In this document: positions 1 to 9,872 of the stretch, piece after piece | Position numbering within the stretch: position 1 is the first letter of the stretch | How the letters are laid out: each line of letters starts with the position of its first letter | Origin: an uncultured Desulfatibacillum sp. | GTDB lineage: Bacteria > Desulfobacterota > Desulfobacteria > Desulfobacterales > SpSt-501 | Length of the DNA: 64,000 bases | Assembly (NCBI GenBank): GCA_964570965.1 | Contig: CAZNAX010000003.1 | Location: 3,874-67,873, forward strand | Direction of reading: 5' to 3' | Program-made: the position numbers and the translations under genes | Notes under the pieces: generated by a model | Database searches by the model: none | What the model saw: only the letters and a program-made list of their open reading frames with translations | Told to the model about the DNA's origin: nothing

Positions 1-639
1 GAACTCAAACCTAAAATCATCCTGGCCTCGCAGTCCCCGCGGCGGCGCTACCTGCTCGAGCGGGCCGGCCTGCGGTTTGTCGTCATTCCCAGCCGATTGG
101 ACGAAGCCGTGGTTACGACATCCATCCCGCATGACTATGTACGCGAACTCGCCATGGCCAAGGCCAGGGACATCGGCCGTACAAACCCCGAGAGCTGGGT
201 GATCGGGGCGGATACAGTGGTGGTGGCCGGAGGCCGAATCCTGGGCAAGCCGGTTTCGACCGCCCAGGCTCGGGACATGCTTCGCAGCCTAAGCGGCCGC
301 TGGCACCAGGTTCTCACCGGTTACTGCCTCTGTCGACTGGCCGACGAGCGCGTGTTTGCGGACACCGTGTCCACGGAGGTTCTCTTCAAAACCCTGACGG
401 AGGACGAAATCGATTGGTACATCCAGACCGGCGAGCCTTTCGACAAAGCCGGCGCCTACGCCATCCAGGGCATCGGCACGTTTCTGGTGAAACGCATCAA
501 CGGCTCCTACACCAATGTGGTCGGCCTGCCGGTGTGTGAAGTCGTCGAATTCCTGATCCGCGAGCAGGTGATCGGCTTCGACCAACCGCACCCCACAGCC
601 GGCCGCCCTCAAGGCCAGCGCGCAGCGGCCGATCCATGA
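1..639 (+). CDS. maf: Maf-like nucleoside triphosphate pyrophosphatase (5' end runs off the window)
   Basis: Frame 1 is open from nt 1 (ELKPKIILASQSPRRRYLLERAG...), so the Maf N-terminal 'LASxSPRRxxLL' motif lies upstream of the ORF-track Met at 97. C-terminal 'AGAYAIQG' and 'NVVGLP' motifs present. Stop overlaps the next start (ATGA at 636-639). Confidence 0.85.
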   Translation, partial: ELKPKIILASQSPRRRYLLERAGLRFVVIPSRLDEAVVTTSIPHDYVRELAMAKARDIGRTNPESWVIGADTVVVAGGRILGKPVSTAQARDMLRSLSGRWHQVLTGYCLCRLADERVFADTVSTEVLFKTLTEDEIDWYIQTGEPFDKAGAYAIQGIGTFLVKRINGSYTNVVGLPVCEVVEFLIREQVIGFDQPHPTAGRPQGQRAAADP

Positions 640-1328
640 ACACCATCGCAGCCCGACTGACCGCCATTTTGGGCCGAATCCGGACTGCGGCGGCCGCCGT
701 CGGCCGGTCCGCCGCCGAGATCCGCATCGTAGCGGCCAGCAAGACATTCCCGCCCTCAGCGATCCGGGAGGCGGTCGCAGCCGGTGTGTCGCACATCGGC
801 GAGAACTACATTCAGGAAGCGCGCGACAAATACGGGGTCCTTCAGGGAATCCCGGTGAAATGGCACTTCATCGGCCATCTCCAGACCAACAAGGCCAAAT
901 ATGCCGTCCGGATGTTCGATCTCATCCACACCGTGGACTCCTATCGCCTGGCGTTCGAAATCGACCGCTGCGCCCGGAAGATAGACAAGCTCCAGGCCGT
1001 CCTCATCCAGGTGAATCTCGCTGCGGAGGACTCCAAATCGGGGGCGGCGCCCGATGAGGCCCTGCCGCTCATCCGCCGTGCGGCCGCGCTCGAAAACATC
1101 GCGGTCAAGGGGCTCATGACCCTGCCGCCCTATTTCAACGCGCCGGAGAAGGTCCGACCGTTCTTCGCCGCCCTGCGCCGGCTGCGCGACCGCATCGACG
1201 CGGAGCGGATCGAAAACATCGCCATGCAGGAGTTGTCCATGGGCATGACCGGCGATTTCGAGGCCGCCGTCGCCGAGGGCGCCACCCTGCTGCGCATCGG
1301 TACGGCGATTTTCGGAGAGCGATCATGA
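636..1328 (+). CDS. yggS: YggS-family pyridoxal-phosphate homeostasis protein
   Basis: 230 aa. 'RIVAASKTFP' PLP-lysine motif, 'WHFIGHLQTNK' and 'LSMGMTGDFEAAV...GATLLRIGTAIFG' are typical of YggS/PROSC. ATGA overlaps at both ends. Confidence 0.85.
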   Translation: MNTIAARLTAILGRIRTAAAAVGRSAAEIRIVAASKTFPPSAIREAVAAGVSHIGENYIQEARDKYGVLQGIPVKWHFIGHLQTNKAKYAVRMFDLIHTVDSYRLAFEIDRCARKIDKLQAVLIQVNLAAEDSKSGAAPDEALPLIRRAAALENIAVKGLMTLPPYFNAPEKVRPFFAALRRLRDRIDAERIENIAMQELSMGMTGDFEAAVAEGATLLRIGTAIFGERS

Positions 1329-1855
1329 AGCTCCTGCTGCACATCTGCTGCGGCCCCTGTTCAATCGTGCCGGTGGCCGAACTGCGGGCGGCGGGCGCGG
1401 CGGTCACCGGCTTCTTCTACCGCCATAACATCCATCCCTACTCCGAATGCCGGCGCCGCCAGGATACCCTGCAGGACTACGCCCGTCAGATCGGTCTAGA
1501 AATGATCTGGCAGCCGGGCTACGACCTGGAGGGTTTCATCCGCAGCGTGGTCTATCACGAGGAGGAACGCTGCCTCATCTGCTACCGGCTGCGGCTGCAG
1601 GCCACCGCCGCACAGGCGCGACAGAGCGGCTTCGACGCCTACTCGACCACGCTGCTCTACAGCCGCTATCAGAAGCACGACGTGCTGCGGGAGATCGGCG
1701 AGTCCGTCGGGCGTGCGCTGGGCGTTCCCTTTTACTACCGCGACTTCCGGGTCGGCTGGAAACAAGGCGTCGAAGAATCCCGGCGCATCGGCCTCTACCG
1801 CCAGAAGTACTGCGGGTGCATTTACAGCGAAAAGGAGCGTTTTTTCCGCGAATAA
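1325..1855 (+). CDS. queH: epoxyqueuosine reductase QueH (DUF208)
   Basis: 176 aa. N-terminal 'HICCGPCS' and C-terminal 'KYCGCIYSE' cysteine motifs are characteristic of QueH. Confidence 0.85.
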   Translation: MKLLLHICCGPCSIVPVAELRAAGAAVTGFFYRHNIHPYSECRRRQDTLQDYARQIGLEMIWQPGYDLEGFIRSVVYHEEERCLICYRLRLQATAAQARQSGFDAYSTTLLYSRYQKHDVLREIGESVGRALGVPFYYRDFRVGWKQGVEESRRIGLYRQKYCGCIYSEKERFFRE

Positions 1856-1884
1856 CCGGCTTGCGGAATCTTTGATAGGACGCC

Positions 1885-3759
1885 ATGTACGGGAATTTTA
1901 TCTATTTCATCCTGGTCCTGCTCATCTACCTGACCTATCAGCCGTCCGAAGACCCCACCTTCAGTGGCCTGGAAAGCCTTTTTTTGTTCGGAGGCCTCTC
2001 GCTGGCTTTCGCGGCGCTCACGCGCTTCATGTTCCGCCGCATCGAACGCCGGGTGGGGCGGGCGGACTCTGCGCGTCTGGATCAGCTGTTCCATGCGACG
2101 CAACTGCGCAGCTCGATTCTGGCCGTGGTGATCTTCGCGCTGGACATCTACGCGCTGAACCTGCCCTCTTGGGTGAACACCCTGCCGTTGCTCGATCGAT
2201 GGCCGACCCTGCAGGCGTTCGCCTTCCTGCTGCTCTTCATGGGGTATCTCAGCGTGGTCTGGGGCTGCGCCTACGACGCCTACCGCCAACTTTACCACCC
2301 GCATTTCACGCGCTGGGACTACATCGGCTCCAACATCTCCTTTTCGGCCCCCATTCTGCTGCCCTGGCTGCTGCTTTCGGGGGTCGCCGATCTGATCCAA
2401 GCGCTGCCGCTTCCGGGTATCCAGGCGTTTCTGGACACCACCGAAGGCCAGACCGCCTATTTTTGCGCCTTTTTAGCCGTCGTGGCCGTGGCCGGCCCGC
2501 TCATGATCAAGACCTTCTGGCGCTGCCGGCCGATGGCCCCCGGCCGGCAGCGCGAACGGATCGAGCAGCTGTGCCAAAGGGCCGGTATGGCCTACCGTGA
2601 CATTTTATATTGGCCGCTGTTCGGTGGAAAAATGATCACCGCCGGCGTGATGGGCCTGGTCCGGCACTTTCGCTACATCCTGGTCACCCCCTCCCTGCTC
2701 AGCCTGCTCGCGCCGGCGGAGATCGACGCCGTAATCGGCCACGAGATCGGTCATATCAAGAGAAAACATCTGCTGTTCTACCTGATGTTCTTTACAGGCT
2801 ACCTCGTCCTTTCCTATGTCACCTTCGACGTCACCGTGTACGCGATGATTTTCGCCGAACCCGCCTGGAGGCTCGTGCATCGTTCGGGAGCCAACCCCGG
2901 GATGGTGACCTCCATCGTCTTCAGCGCGATGATCATCTGTGTGTTCCTGGTGTATTTCCGCTATGTGTTCGGGTTTTTTATGCGCAACTTCGAGCGCCAG
3001 GCGGACGGCTACGTCTTCACGCTGTTCGACAGCGCCGCCGCCCTGATTTCGACCTTTCACAAGATCTCCCTGACCAGCGGCCAGCCGGCCGACCGACCCA
3101 ACTGGCACCACTTCAGCATCCGCGAACGGGTCGACTTCCTCAGAAAGTGCGAACAGGACCGCAACTGGATCCGCCGCCACGATGCCCGCGTCCGTCGCGC
3201 GATCGGTCTTTATCTGGTCGCGCTGGCTTTGCTGGCGGGATTCGGCTATCAACTCAACATGGGGTCCATGGGCGCCAAACTGGGGGATCATCTTATTGCC
3301 GCCATCATTCAGCGCGAGATCGAACGTGCCCCGGAAAACCCCAGCCTGTATGGCCTGCTCGGCGACCTGCACTACCGGCGCCAGGACTTCGTTGAAGTCA
3401 AACAGGCCTATGAAAAATCTCTGACCCTGCGGCCGGATCAGCCCCAGGTGCTCAACAATCTGGCCTGGCTGCTGGCCACCTGCCCCGACGAGCGCCTGCG
3501 CGACCCGTCCCGCGCGCTGGAGCTGGCCCAGCGGGCGGCTCAGTTGGAAGAGTCCGCCTTCATCCTGGACACGTTGGCGGAGAGCTACTTCGTCAACGAA
3601 AACTACGCGCTGGCGGTACAGGCAGGCAGGCGGGCGCTGGCCCTGGCGAGCGGCGACCGCAGCCGCTATGAAGCGCAACTGCGCCGATTCATGCAGGCGT
3701 TGGACGAAGGGCCGCGCCGAGAAGGACGATCATCCGACGGACCCCTGCGGAGGAGGTAG
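1885..3759 (+). CDS. membrane M48-family zinc metalloprotease with C-terminal TPR repeats
   Basis: 624 aa. Several hydrophobic helices, HExxH in 'VIGHEIGHIKRKH', and a TPR-like C terminus (YGLLGDLHYRRQDFVEVKQAYEKSLTLRPDQPQVLNNLAWLLAT...). Confidence 0.8.
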   Translation: MYGNFIYFILVLLIYLTYQPSEDPTFSGLESLFLFGGLSLAFAALTRFMFRRIERRVGRADSARLDQLFHATQLRSSILAVVIFALDIYALNLPSWVNTLPLLDRWPTLQAFAFLLLFMGYLSVVWGCAYDAYRQLYHPHFTRWDYIGSNISFSAPILLPWLLLSGVADLIQALPLPGIQAFLDTTEGQTAYFCAFLAVVAVAGPLMIKTFWRCRPMAPGRQRERIEQLCQRAGMAYRDILYWPLFGGKMITAGVMGLVRHFRYILVTPSLLSLLAPAEIDAVIGHEIGHIKRKHLLFYLMFFTGYLVLSYVTFDVTVYAMIFAEPAWRLVHRSGANPGMVTSIVFSAMIICVFLVYFRYVFGFFMRNFERQADGYVFTLFDSAAALISTFHKISLTSGQPADRPNWHHFSIRERVDFLRKCEQDRNWIRRHDARVRRAIGLYLVALALLAGFGYQLNMGSMGAKLGDHLIAAIIQREIERAPENPSLYGLLGDLHYRRQDFVEVKQAYEKSLTLRPDQPQVLNNLAWLLATCPDERLRDPSRALELAQRAAQLEESAFILDTLAESYFVNENYALAVQAGRRALALASGDRSRYEAQLRRFMQALDEGPRREGRSSDGPLRRR

Positions 3760-3769
3760 GCAGCGAGGC

Positions 3770-4018
3770 TTACTTTCCCGGTGGGTTTTTCGACCTCAGC
3801 GCCCGCCCGTGGACATAGAGCTTGCGGGCGCCGCCGCCGATCAGGATCACGACCATGAAGTAAAAACAAAAGTAGATGAACGGCAGCGCGGCGTCGAGAG
3901 ACTGCATCTGCCTGATCTGGGGGATGAGCTGGGGGATGCGGAAAATCAGCCCGACGCCGGCCATCACCAAAAGCAGCCCCCAGACGATTTGGAGCATGGC
4001 TTTCGTGTTCTCATCCAT
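3770..4018 (-). CDS. small hypothetical membrane protein (two predicted TM helices)
   Basis: 82-aa ORF in an otherwise empty gap with two clean hydrophobic stretches (LQIVWGLLLVMAGVGLIF; FIYFCFYFMVVILIGGG). No homolog recognised. Confidence 0.4.
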   Translation of the reverse strand: MDENTKAMLQIVWGLLLVMAGVGLIFRIPQLIPQIRQMQSLDAALPFIYFCFYFMVVILIGGGARKLYVHGRALRSKNPPGK

Positions 4019-4116
4019 ATCGACAAGCCTTCAGAAAAAGGGATCAGGATCCGGGGTTCAGGTCCGGCAAGGCACGGGCAGCTTTTTTCCTGAACCCTGC
4101 ATCCCGAACCCTTCCC

Positions 4117-4908
4117 CTACCCCTGCAGTTTCCCGGTGAATACCGCCTGGCGCTTTTCCAGAAACGCCGCGGTCCCCTCTTTGGCATCAGCACTGGCCAA
4201 GGTCAGGGCAAACGCATCGGTTTCAATGCTGCAGCCGGTGGCCAGGTCCGTGTTCAAACCGTGGTTGATCGCCTGTTTGACCGCCCGCAGCGCAACCCGG
4301 CCCTTGGCGGCGATGTCGCGGGCGATCTTGAGCACCTCTTCCATCAGGGCGACGGAGGGAACGACTCGGTTGACCAGGCCGATTTGCGCCGCCTCGGGCG
4401 CGCCGATCATTTTGCCCGTGAGAATGAGCTCCTTGGCCTGATTGGCGCCGACTAGCCGCGGCAACCGCTGGGTCCCCCCGAATCCCGGGATGAGTCCGAG
4501 ATTGATCTCCGGCAGCCCGAACCTGGCATTCTCGGCGGCGTAGATGAAATCGCAGGCCAGCGCGATTTCGCTGCCGCCTCCGAGCGCGAAGCCGTTCACG
4601 GCGGCGATCACGGCGATCGGCAGTTCCTGCAGCTTGGCAATGACGGCATGCCCGGCGCGCGAAAAGATCTTGGCCTGCAACGCCGTAAAGGTTGCCAACT
4701 CCCTGATGTCCGCTCCGGCCACAAATGCTTTCTCCCCGGCGCCGGTCAGGATCAGCACCCGAACGCCTTCGTCCGCGGCGATGTCGTCCAGCGCCTGGGA
4801 CAGTTCCGCCAGCAGGGCCTGGTTCAAGGCATTCAGCGCCTTGGGCCGGTTGAAGGTGATCGTTGCAATCCCCTGATCCACCTGGAATAGAATGTTTGCG
4901 TAGGCCAT
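4117..4908 (-). CDS. enoyl-CoA hydratase/crotonase family protein
   Basis: Crotonase motifs 'ITFNRPKALNAL', 'VLILTGAGEKAFVAGADI', 'AAVNGFALGGGSEIALACD'. Start moved to ATG 4906-4908 (MAYANILF), preceded by AGGAG; the ORF-track start is 4929. Confidence 0.85.
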   Translation of the reverse strand: MAYANILFQVDQGIATITFNRPKALNALNQALLAELSQALDDIAADEGVRVLILTGAGEKAFVAGADIRELATFTALQAKIFSRAGHAVIAKLQELPIAVIAAVNGFALGGGSEIALACDFIYAAENARFGLPEINLGLIPGFGGTQRLPRLVGANQAKELILTGKMIGAPEAAQIGLVNRVVPSVALMEEVLKIARDIAAKGRVALRAVKQAINHGLNTDLATGCSIETDAFALTLASADAKEGTAAFLEKRQAVFTGKLQG

Positions 4909-4947
4909 GGTTCTCCTTCCCGGAAGCAATGGATGCGGATGACGGAT

Positions 4948-7095
4948 TTAGCCCGATGATCCCGGCACGGGCTCGTTGAAGGCCGTCGGGTTTATTTCTT
5001 TGATGTAACCGCGCAGTCCCTGAACAATCGATTCAGCCAAGTGCTCCTGATAGCTCGCGGTGGTGAGCTGACGGCATTCTTCGCGGTTGCTGATGAACGC
5101 GGTCTCAACCAGGATCGAGGGCATGCGCGCCCCCAGCAACACATAAAAGGGCGCTTGTTTCACCCCCTTGTCCTTGACGCGGTCGTAGCCCCGGCTATTC
5201 AGGTTTTTTACCAGCGAAGACTGCACGATCGCGGCCAGCCGGCTGGATTCGTTGATCTTGGCGTTCTTGAGCAGGTCGTTGAGGATGGAATGCAAGTCAC
5301 TGATGTTCTTCGTCGAAGTGGCATTCTCCATGGCCGCTACGCGAATGGACTCGTCGTCGGTGGCGAGGTTCAGGAAATAGGTCTCGGTCCCGTACGCACG
5401 CGGGTCGCGCGAAGCGTTGGTGTGGATGGACACGAAAAGGTCGGCGCCGCGGGTATTGGCAAAAGCCGTACGCTCCTCCAGCGTCAGGTAACGGTCGTCG
5501 GAGCGGGTGAGGATGGCCTCCAGGTTCGTCTCCTCGCGGATCTTGCGGGCCACACGCTTGGCAATGGCCAGCACCACGTCTTTTTCATGAATCCCCGGGA
5601 TGAATCCGGGGGCGCCGAAATCTTTGCCGCCGTGACCGGGATCGACGACGATGCGCCGAACGCCCAAGGCCAGCTGCCGGGCCAGGGCCCCGCGCGGGAC
5701 CTTCTGGCTGCGCTCGACCATTGCACCGGGCGGCGGGGGCGCCGATTGCTCGTCCGGGTCCGAGGCGACCGCCCCCGCGCCGTTGCGTCCCCAAACATCG
5801 ATGACGATGCGGAACGGGTCGCGCAGCGAAAAAACCTTGTATGTATCGAAGGACTTGATGTCCACCACCACCCGTACCGAGTCCAAAGTGTAGCGCGCGG
5901 CGCGTGCATCGCTGAGCAGATCGTCGTTGATCGGGATGGTCTTCTGTTTGCCGCCGCCCAAGGTGCTGTTGCTCAGGTCCACATATAGGCGAGGCGGCTT
6001 TTCGATGGTCGGGTCTTTTTTCAGCAGGCGGTGCGTGAAGTCGGTTTCGCGGTCGACGTAAACCACGACGCGGGTGTAGTTCGGGTTGGACCAGTGCCGC
6101 AGGTCCTGCACGACGGCAAGCCCCTCTTCGCCCTCAGCCGGCTTTACGGGTTCTACAACAGCCTCCGTCGGAGCCGGCGCGGCTGGTTCCGGCGGAAAGG
6201 AAGGCACCGGAGGAGGAACGGGTCGGCGCGCCATCGTTTCCGGCCGGCTCCGCGCCGGCCGCATGGCCTTCAGCTCTTGGGAAGCCTTGACCGCGAACGG
6301 ACTTTCTGGGAATTCCTTGGCGACTTTCTCAAAGTTCTCACGGGCGGCCCTCAGGTCTGAATTGAACTTCAGGCGCTTATGCAGATCCTGATAGAGGACA
6401 CCCTCCAGATAGAGCGCCTGAGCGGCCGCTGGACCGGTCGGGTCCTGCGAGTAGACGTTGCGAAAGCGGCCGATGCAAAGCATCCATTCACGCCGGGTGT
6501 TCTCGGTGGGCTGGCTGCCGCGAAGTTTTTGAAAACATGCATCCGCTTTAAGAAATTGACTACCAGCGGCGGGTGCGCCAGCCGCCGGGGGGGTGTTTTT
6601 CGCTTCAGCGGATTTTTTCTGTTGTTGTTTGCCGGAGGCGACCGGTGTTCCGCGTGAAATCTCCCGATCGGGCGGCGCTTCCTTGGACGGCCCCGGTGCT
6701 GCGTTCAGTTTCTGAAGCTCGGCGGCGGCCCGGTCGCGGTACCCGCTGTCCGGAAATTTTTTCTGGAGCTGCTCAAAAAGCTCCGTAGCGGCTTTTGTAT
6801 CGGCGTCGTTTCGGGAACTCCTGGACAGCTCCTTATAAAGCAAGCCGCAGTGGAATAAACTGGCGGGCGCCCACGGGCCCTTGGGGTCCTGACGGTAGAC
6901 GGCCTGGAACTTGTCGATGCACTGGCTCCAGTTCGATCGGAACTTGATTTTTTGGGGGCTCTTGCGCAGTTCGCGGGCGCAGGCTTCGGCCTCGAAAAAC
7001 GCGTCGCTGATTGCAACGCCGGCGGCGCGGCCGGCTCCGCAGAGTGCAATAAAAAGGCAGAGACAAACTGTAACGGAGAAAAGCGATCTAAGCAT
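4948..7095 (-). CDS. amiC: N-acetylmuramoyl-L-alanine amidase (AmiC-type) with signal peptide, duplicated helical module, Pro-rich linker and AMIN-like segment
   Basis: 715 aa. C-terminal Amidase_3 motifs ('VVDPGHGGKDFGA', 'ADLFVSIHTNA', 'PSILVETAFISN'). N-terminal hydrophobic signal. Confidence 0.85.
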   Translation of the reverse strand: MLRSLFSVTVCLCLFIALCGAGRAAGVAISDAFFEAEACARELRKSPQKIKFRSNWSQCIDKFQAVYRQDPKGPWAPASLFHCGLLYKELSRSSRNDADTKAATELFEQLQKKFPDSGYRDRAAAELQKLNAAPGPSKEAPPDREISRGTPVASGKQQQKKSAEAKNTPPAAGAPAAGSQFLKADACFQKLRGSQPTENTRREWMLCIGRFRNVYSQDPTGPAAAQALYLEGVLYQDLHKRLKFNSDLRAARENFEKVAKEFPESPFAVKASQELKAMRPARSRPETMARRPVPPPVPSFPPEPAAPAPTEAVVEPVKPAEGEEGLAVVQDLRHWSNPNYTRVVVYVDRETDFTHRLLKKDPTIEKPPRLYVDLSNSTLGGGKQKTIPINDDLLSDARAARYTLDSVRVVVDIKSFDTYKVFSLRDPFRIVIDVWGRNGAGAVASDPDEQSAPPPPGAMVERSQKVPRGALARQLALGVRRIVVDPGHGGKDFGAPGFIPGIHEKDVVLAIAKRVARKIREETNLEAILTRSDDRYLTLEERTAFANTRGADLFVSIHTNASRDPRAYGTETYFLNLATDDESIRVAAMENATSTKNISDLHSILNDLLKNAKINESSRLAAIVQSSLVKNLNSRGYDRVKDKGVKQAPFYVLLGARMPSILVETAFISNREECRQLTTASYQEHLAESIVQGLRGYIKEINPTAFNEPVPGSSG

Positions 7096-7172
7096 TATGA
7101 ACCGTATTGATGAACCGTCGAATTATTTTGACAGTTTAGCGCAAAAACTTATAGTTTTCCATAGGCATTCAC

Positions 7173-9824
7173 CTATTTTTTTTCAGTCGGCGGCTTGGCG
7201 CCGCCCTCCTGCAGAGCGATTTCCTGCAAGCGGTTGAGCTGGTTCAAGGCCTCGAGCGGCGACATCCGGGAGATATCCAGTTCACGCAGCTTTTCGAGCA
7301 CCTTGCTTTCCGCCGGCCGAAACAGGTCGAGTTGCGTCGGCGCCGATCGCGCAGACCGTGCAGAAAGATCCGGCCATGCGAATCCGTGTTCACCGTTTTC
7401 AATGCCCCAGAGGATTTTCTTGGCCCGGGCGACCACTTCGGCCGGGATGCCGGCCAGCCGTGCAACCTGGATCCCATAGCTGCGATTGGTACCGCCGGGG
7501 ATCAGCTTGCGCAGGAAGATAATCTCGTCGTTCCATTCCCTAACCGCAATGTTGAGATTGGTGACGCGCGGCATGTGGTCGGCCAACTCCGTGAGTTCAT
7601 GATAGTGGGTGGCGAAAAGAGTCTTGACGCCCTTGTGGCGCAAGTCATGCAAGTATTCGGCCACCGCCCAGGCGATACTCAGTCCGTCGAACGTGCTGGT
7701 CCCGCGGCCGATCTCATCCATGATGACCAAGCTGCGCTCGGTTGCGTTGTGCAGGATGTTGGCGGTCTCCTGCATCTCCACCATGAAGGTGCTCTGTCCC
7801 TGGGACAGATTGTCCAATGCGCCCACGCGCGTGAAGATCCGGTCGACGAGGCCGATGCCGGCCTGGCGCGCTGGAACGAAGCCGCCCATCTGCGCCATGA
7901 TGACCGACAGCGCCACCTGGCGCAGGACCGTTGATTTGCCGGCCATGTTGGGCCCCGTGATGATCAGGACTTGATGGGCATCATCGTCCATCTCGATGGT
8001 ATTGGGCACAAAGCGCTCGGCGGTGATCATTTTTTCGACCACCGGGTGCCGGCCGTCTTCGATTCGGATGGCGCCGTCCGCCAGGATCTGAGGCCGGCAG
8101 TAGCCGCTCTGAGCGGCCACCTCCGCCAAGTTCAGCAGGCAATCCAGCCGGGCCAGAAAACGGGCGACCGACTGAATCTTGGGATGGTGCCGCACGACCT
8201 CGTCCCGGATCTCCAGCAACAGCCGGTGTTCCAGAACGGACCGCTGTTCCTCAGCGCCCATGACCTTCGTTTCGAATTGTTTGAGCTCCTCGGTGATGAA
8301 ACGTTCGGCATTCACGAGCGTCTGTTTGCGGACATAGTGCGGTGGTACCGCATGGATCCGGGTCTTCGGCACTTCGATGTAGTAGCCGAACACCTTGTTG
8401 AAACTTACCTTGAGGGCCGTGATTCCGGTGCGCTCCTTCTCACGCAGCTCCAAATGAGCCAGATGGCCTTTGGCATCCGAGCTGATGCGAACCAGTTCAT
8501 CGAGTTCCGAGTTGAAACCGGTTTTGATCAGACCGCCTTCGTGGACAGCGAGCGGTGCGTCCTCACGAATGGCGCGTTGTATCAGCTCCGCCAGATCGGT
8601 CAGATCGTCGGCCGGTTCGGTCGGCCGATAGCATTCGGAGCTAAAAGCGGTGAGCGCCGCCCAGAGCGCCGGCAGCACCTGCAGCGAACTTTTTAATGCC
8701 ACCAGATCACGCGCGTGTGCCTGCCCCATCACCGCCTTGCTTCCGAGGCGTTCCAGGTCTTGGACGTCTTTCAGGCACTCCCTCATTTCGCGACGCAGCC
8801 CTTCGCGCTCCTTGCCCTCGGCGACCGCCGTCAGGCGCATTTCGATTTCGCGGGCCTCGCGCAGCGGGCGCCGCAGCCAGTCGGCCAGAAGCCGTGCCCC
8901 CATGGCCGTGCGGGTGTGATCGAGTACGCTCAGCAGGGTTCCACGGCGGGTGCCGGTGCGAATGTTCCGAATCAACTCCAGGTTTTGGCGGCTGACTTCG
9001 TCCACCATCAGGCAGCTTTCCAGCCAGTAGGCTTCCAGCTGGCTCAGATGCGCGGTTTTCTGTTTCTGAGTCTCGCCGACATAAAAAACCAGCGCCCCGG
9101 CGGCACTCACCCCGGCGGTGAAGGACTCGCAGCCGAATCCCTCCAGCGTCAGGGTGCCCAGCTGTTCGGTCAGCCGTTCGTAGCCGCGGCGATAGTCGAA
9201 CGCCTGGTCTTCGATATAGCTGAGGGCGGCATCGCCGAATATGGCCGGCAGTCGCTGAATCCAAGATTCCCCAGGGTTTCTACGGACACTCTCGGGCAGC
9301 AGGATCTCACGCGGACCCAATCGCCGCGCTTCGTCTACAACCTGGGCAGGTTCGGAGGATTCGGTCACTCGGAACGTCCCGGTGGATATGTCCAGGTGAG
9401 CCAGCCCGCTCACCCCTTTGGCCTGAAAAACCGACAGGATAAAATTATTCGTGCGCGCGTCCAGAAATTCCTCGTCGATGATCATGCCGGGGGTGATGAC
9501 GCGCACGACCTCGCGCCGGACCAAGCCCTTGGCGACAGCAGGATCCTCCACTTGGTCGCAGACCGCAACCTTGTAGCCGCGTTCAATGAGCCGGGCGATG
9601 TAGCCGGTCACGGCCCGGTGCGGAACTCCGCACATGGGGACCGGTGACGGATCGTTCTTGTTCCGGGAGGTCAGTGTGATTTCGAGGATGCCGGAGGCGA
9701 GCTCGGCATCCTCGAAAAACATCTCATAGAAATCCCCCATGCGGTATAAGAGAATGGCATCCGGGTAATCGCCCTTGATGGCCAGATACTGCTGGAGCAT
9801 GGGAGTTGATTTGGAAGGGTTCAT
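7173..9824 (-). CDS. mutS: DNA mismatch repair protein MutS
   Basis: 883 aa. 'TPMLQQYLAIK', 'LLYRMGDFYEMFFEDA', Walker A 'ITGPNMAGKST', 'TFMVEMQETA', 'DEIGRGTSTFDG'. Confidence 0.97.
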   Translation of the reverse strand: MNPSKSTPMLQQYLAIKGDYPDAILLYRMGDFYEMFFEDAELASGILEITLTSRNKNDPSPVPMCGVPHRAVTGYIARLIERGYKVAVCDQVEDPAVAKGLVRREVVRVITPGMIIDEEFLDARTNNFILSVFQAKGVSGLAHLDISTGTFRVTESSEPAQVVDEARRLGPREILLPESVRRNPGESWIQRLPAIFGDAALSYIEDQAFDYRRGYERLTEQLGTLTLEGFGCESFTAGVSAAGALVFYVGETQKQKTAHLSQLEAYWLESCLMVDEVSRQNLELIRNIRTGTRRGTLLSVLDHTRTAMGARLLADWLRRPLREAREIEMRLTAVAEGKEREGLRREMRECLKDVQDLERLGSKAVMGQAHARDLVALKSSLQVLPALWAALTAFSSECYRPTEPADDLTDLAELIQRAIREDAPLAVHEGGLIKTGFNSELDELVRISSDAKGHLAHLELREKERTGITALKVSFNKVFGYYIEVPKTRIHAVPPHYVRKQTLVNAERFITEELKQFETKVMGAEEQRSVLEHRLLLEIRDEVVRHHPKIQSVARFLARLDCLLNLAEVAAQSGYCRPQILADGAIRIEDGRHPVVEKMITAERFVPNTIEMDDDAHQVLIITGPNMAGKSTVLRQVALSVIMAQMGGFVPARQAGIGLVDRIFTRVGALDNLSQGQSTFMVEMQETANILHNATERSLVIMDEIGRGTSTFDGLSIAWAVAEYLHDLRHKGVKTLFATHYHELTELADHMPRVTNLNIAVREWNDEIIFLRKLIPGGTNRSYGIQVARLAGIPAEVVARAKKILWGIENGEHGFAWPDLSARSARSAPTQLDLFRPAESKVLEKLRELDISRMSPLEALNQLNRLQEIALQEGGAKPPTEKK

Positions 9825-9872
9825 TAAAAATGGGGGATAGTAGGAAGAGCAATAAATTAATCGGATGACACC

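Noticed and set aside
1713-3678. ORFs 1713-2600 (+, 295 aa) and 2605-3678 (-, 357 aa) overlapping queH and the M48 protease
   Set aside because: They are out of frame with, or antisense to, genes carrying diagnostic motifs (CGC..SE; HEIGH). Their products are Arg/Pro/Ala-rich.
7971-9647. ORFs 7971-8696 and 8715-9647 (+) and 8707-9264 (-) within mutS
   Set aside because: mutS is intact and highly conserved across this span. The overlapping frames are compositional artefacts.
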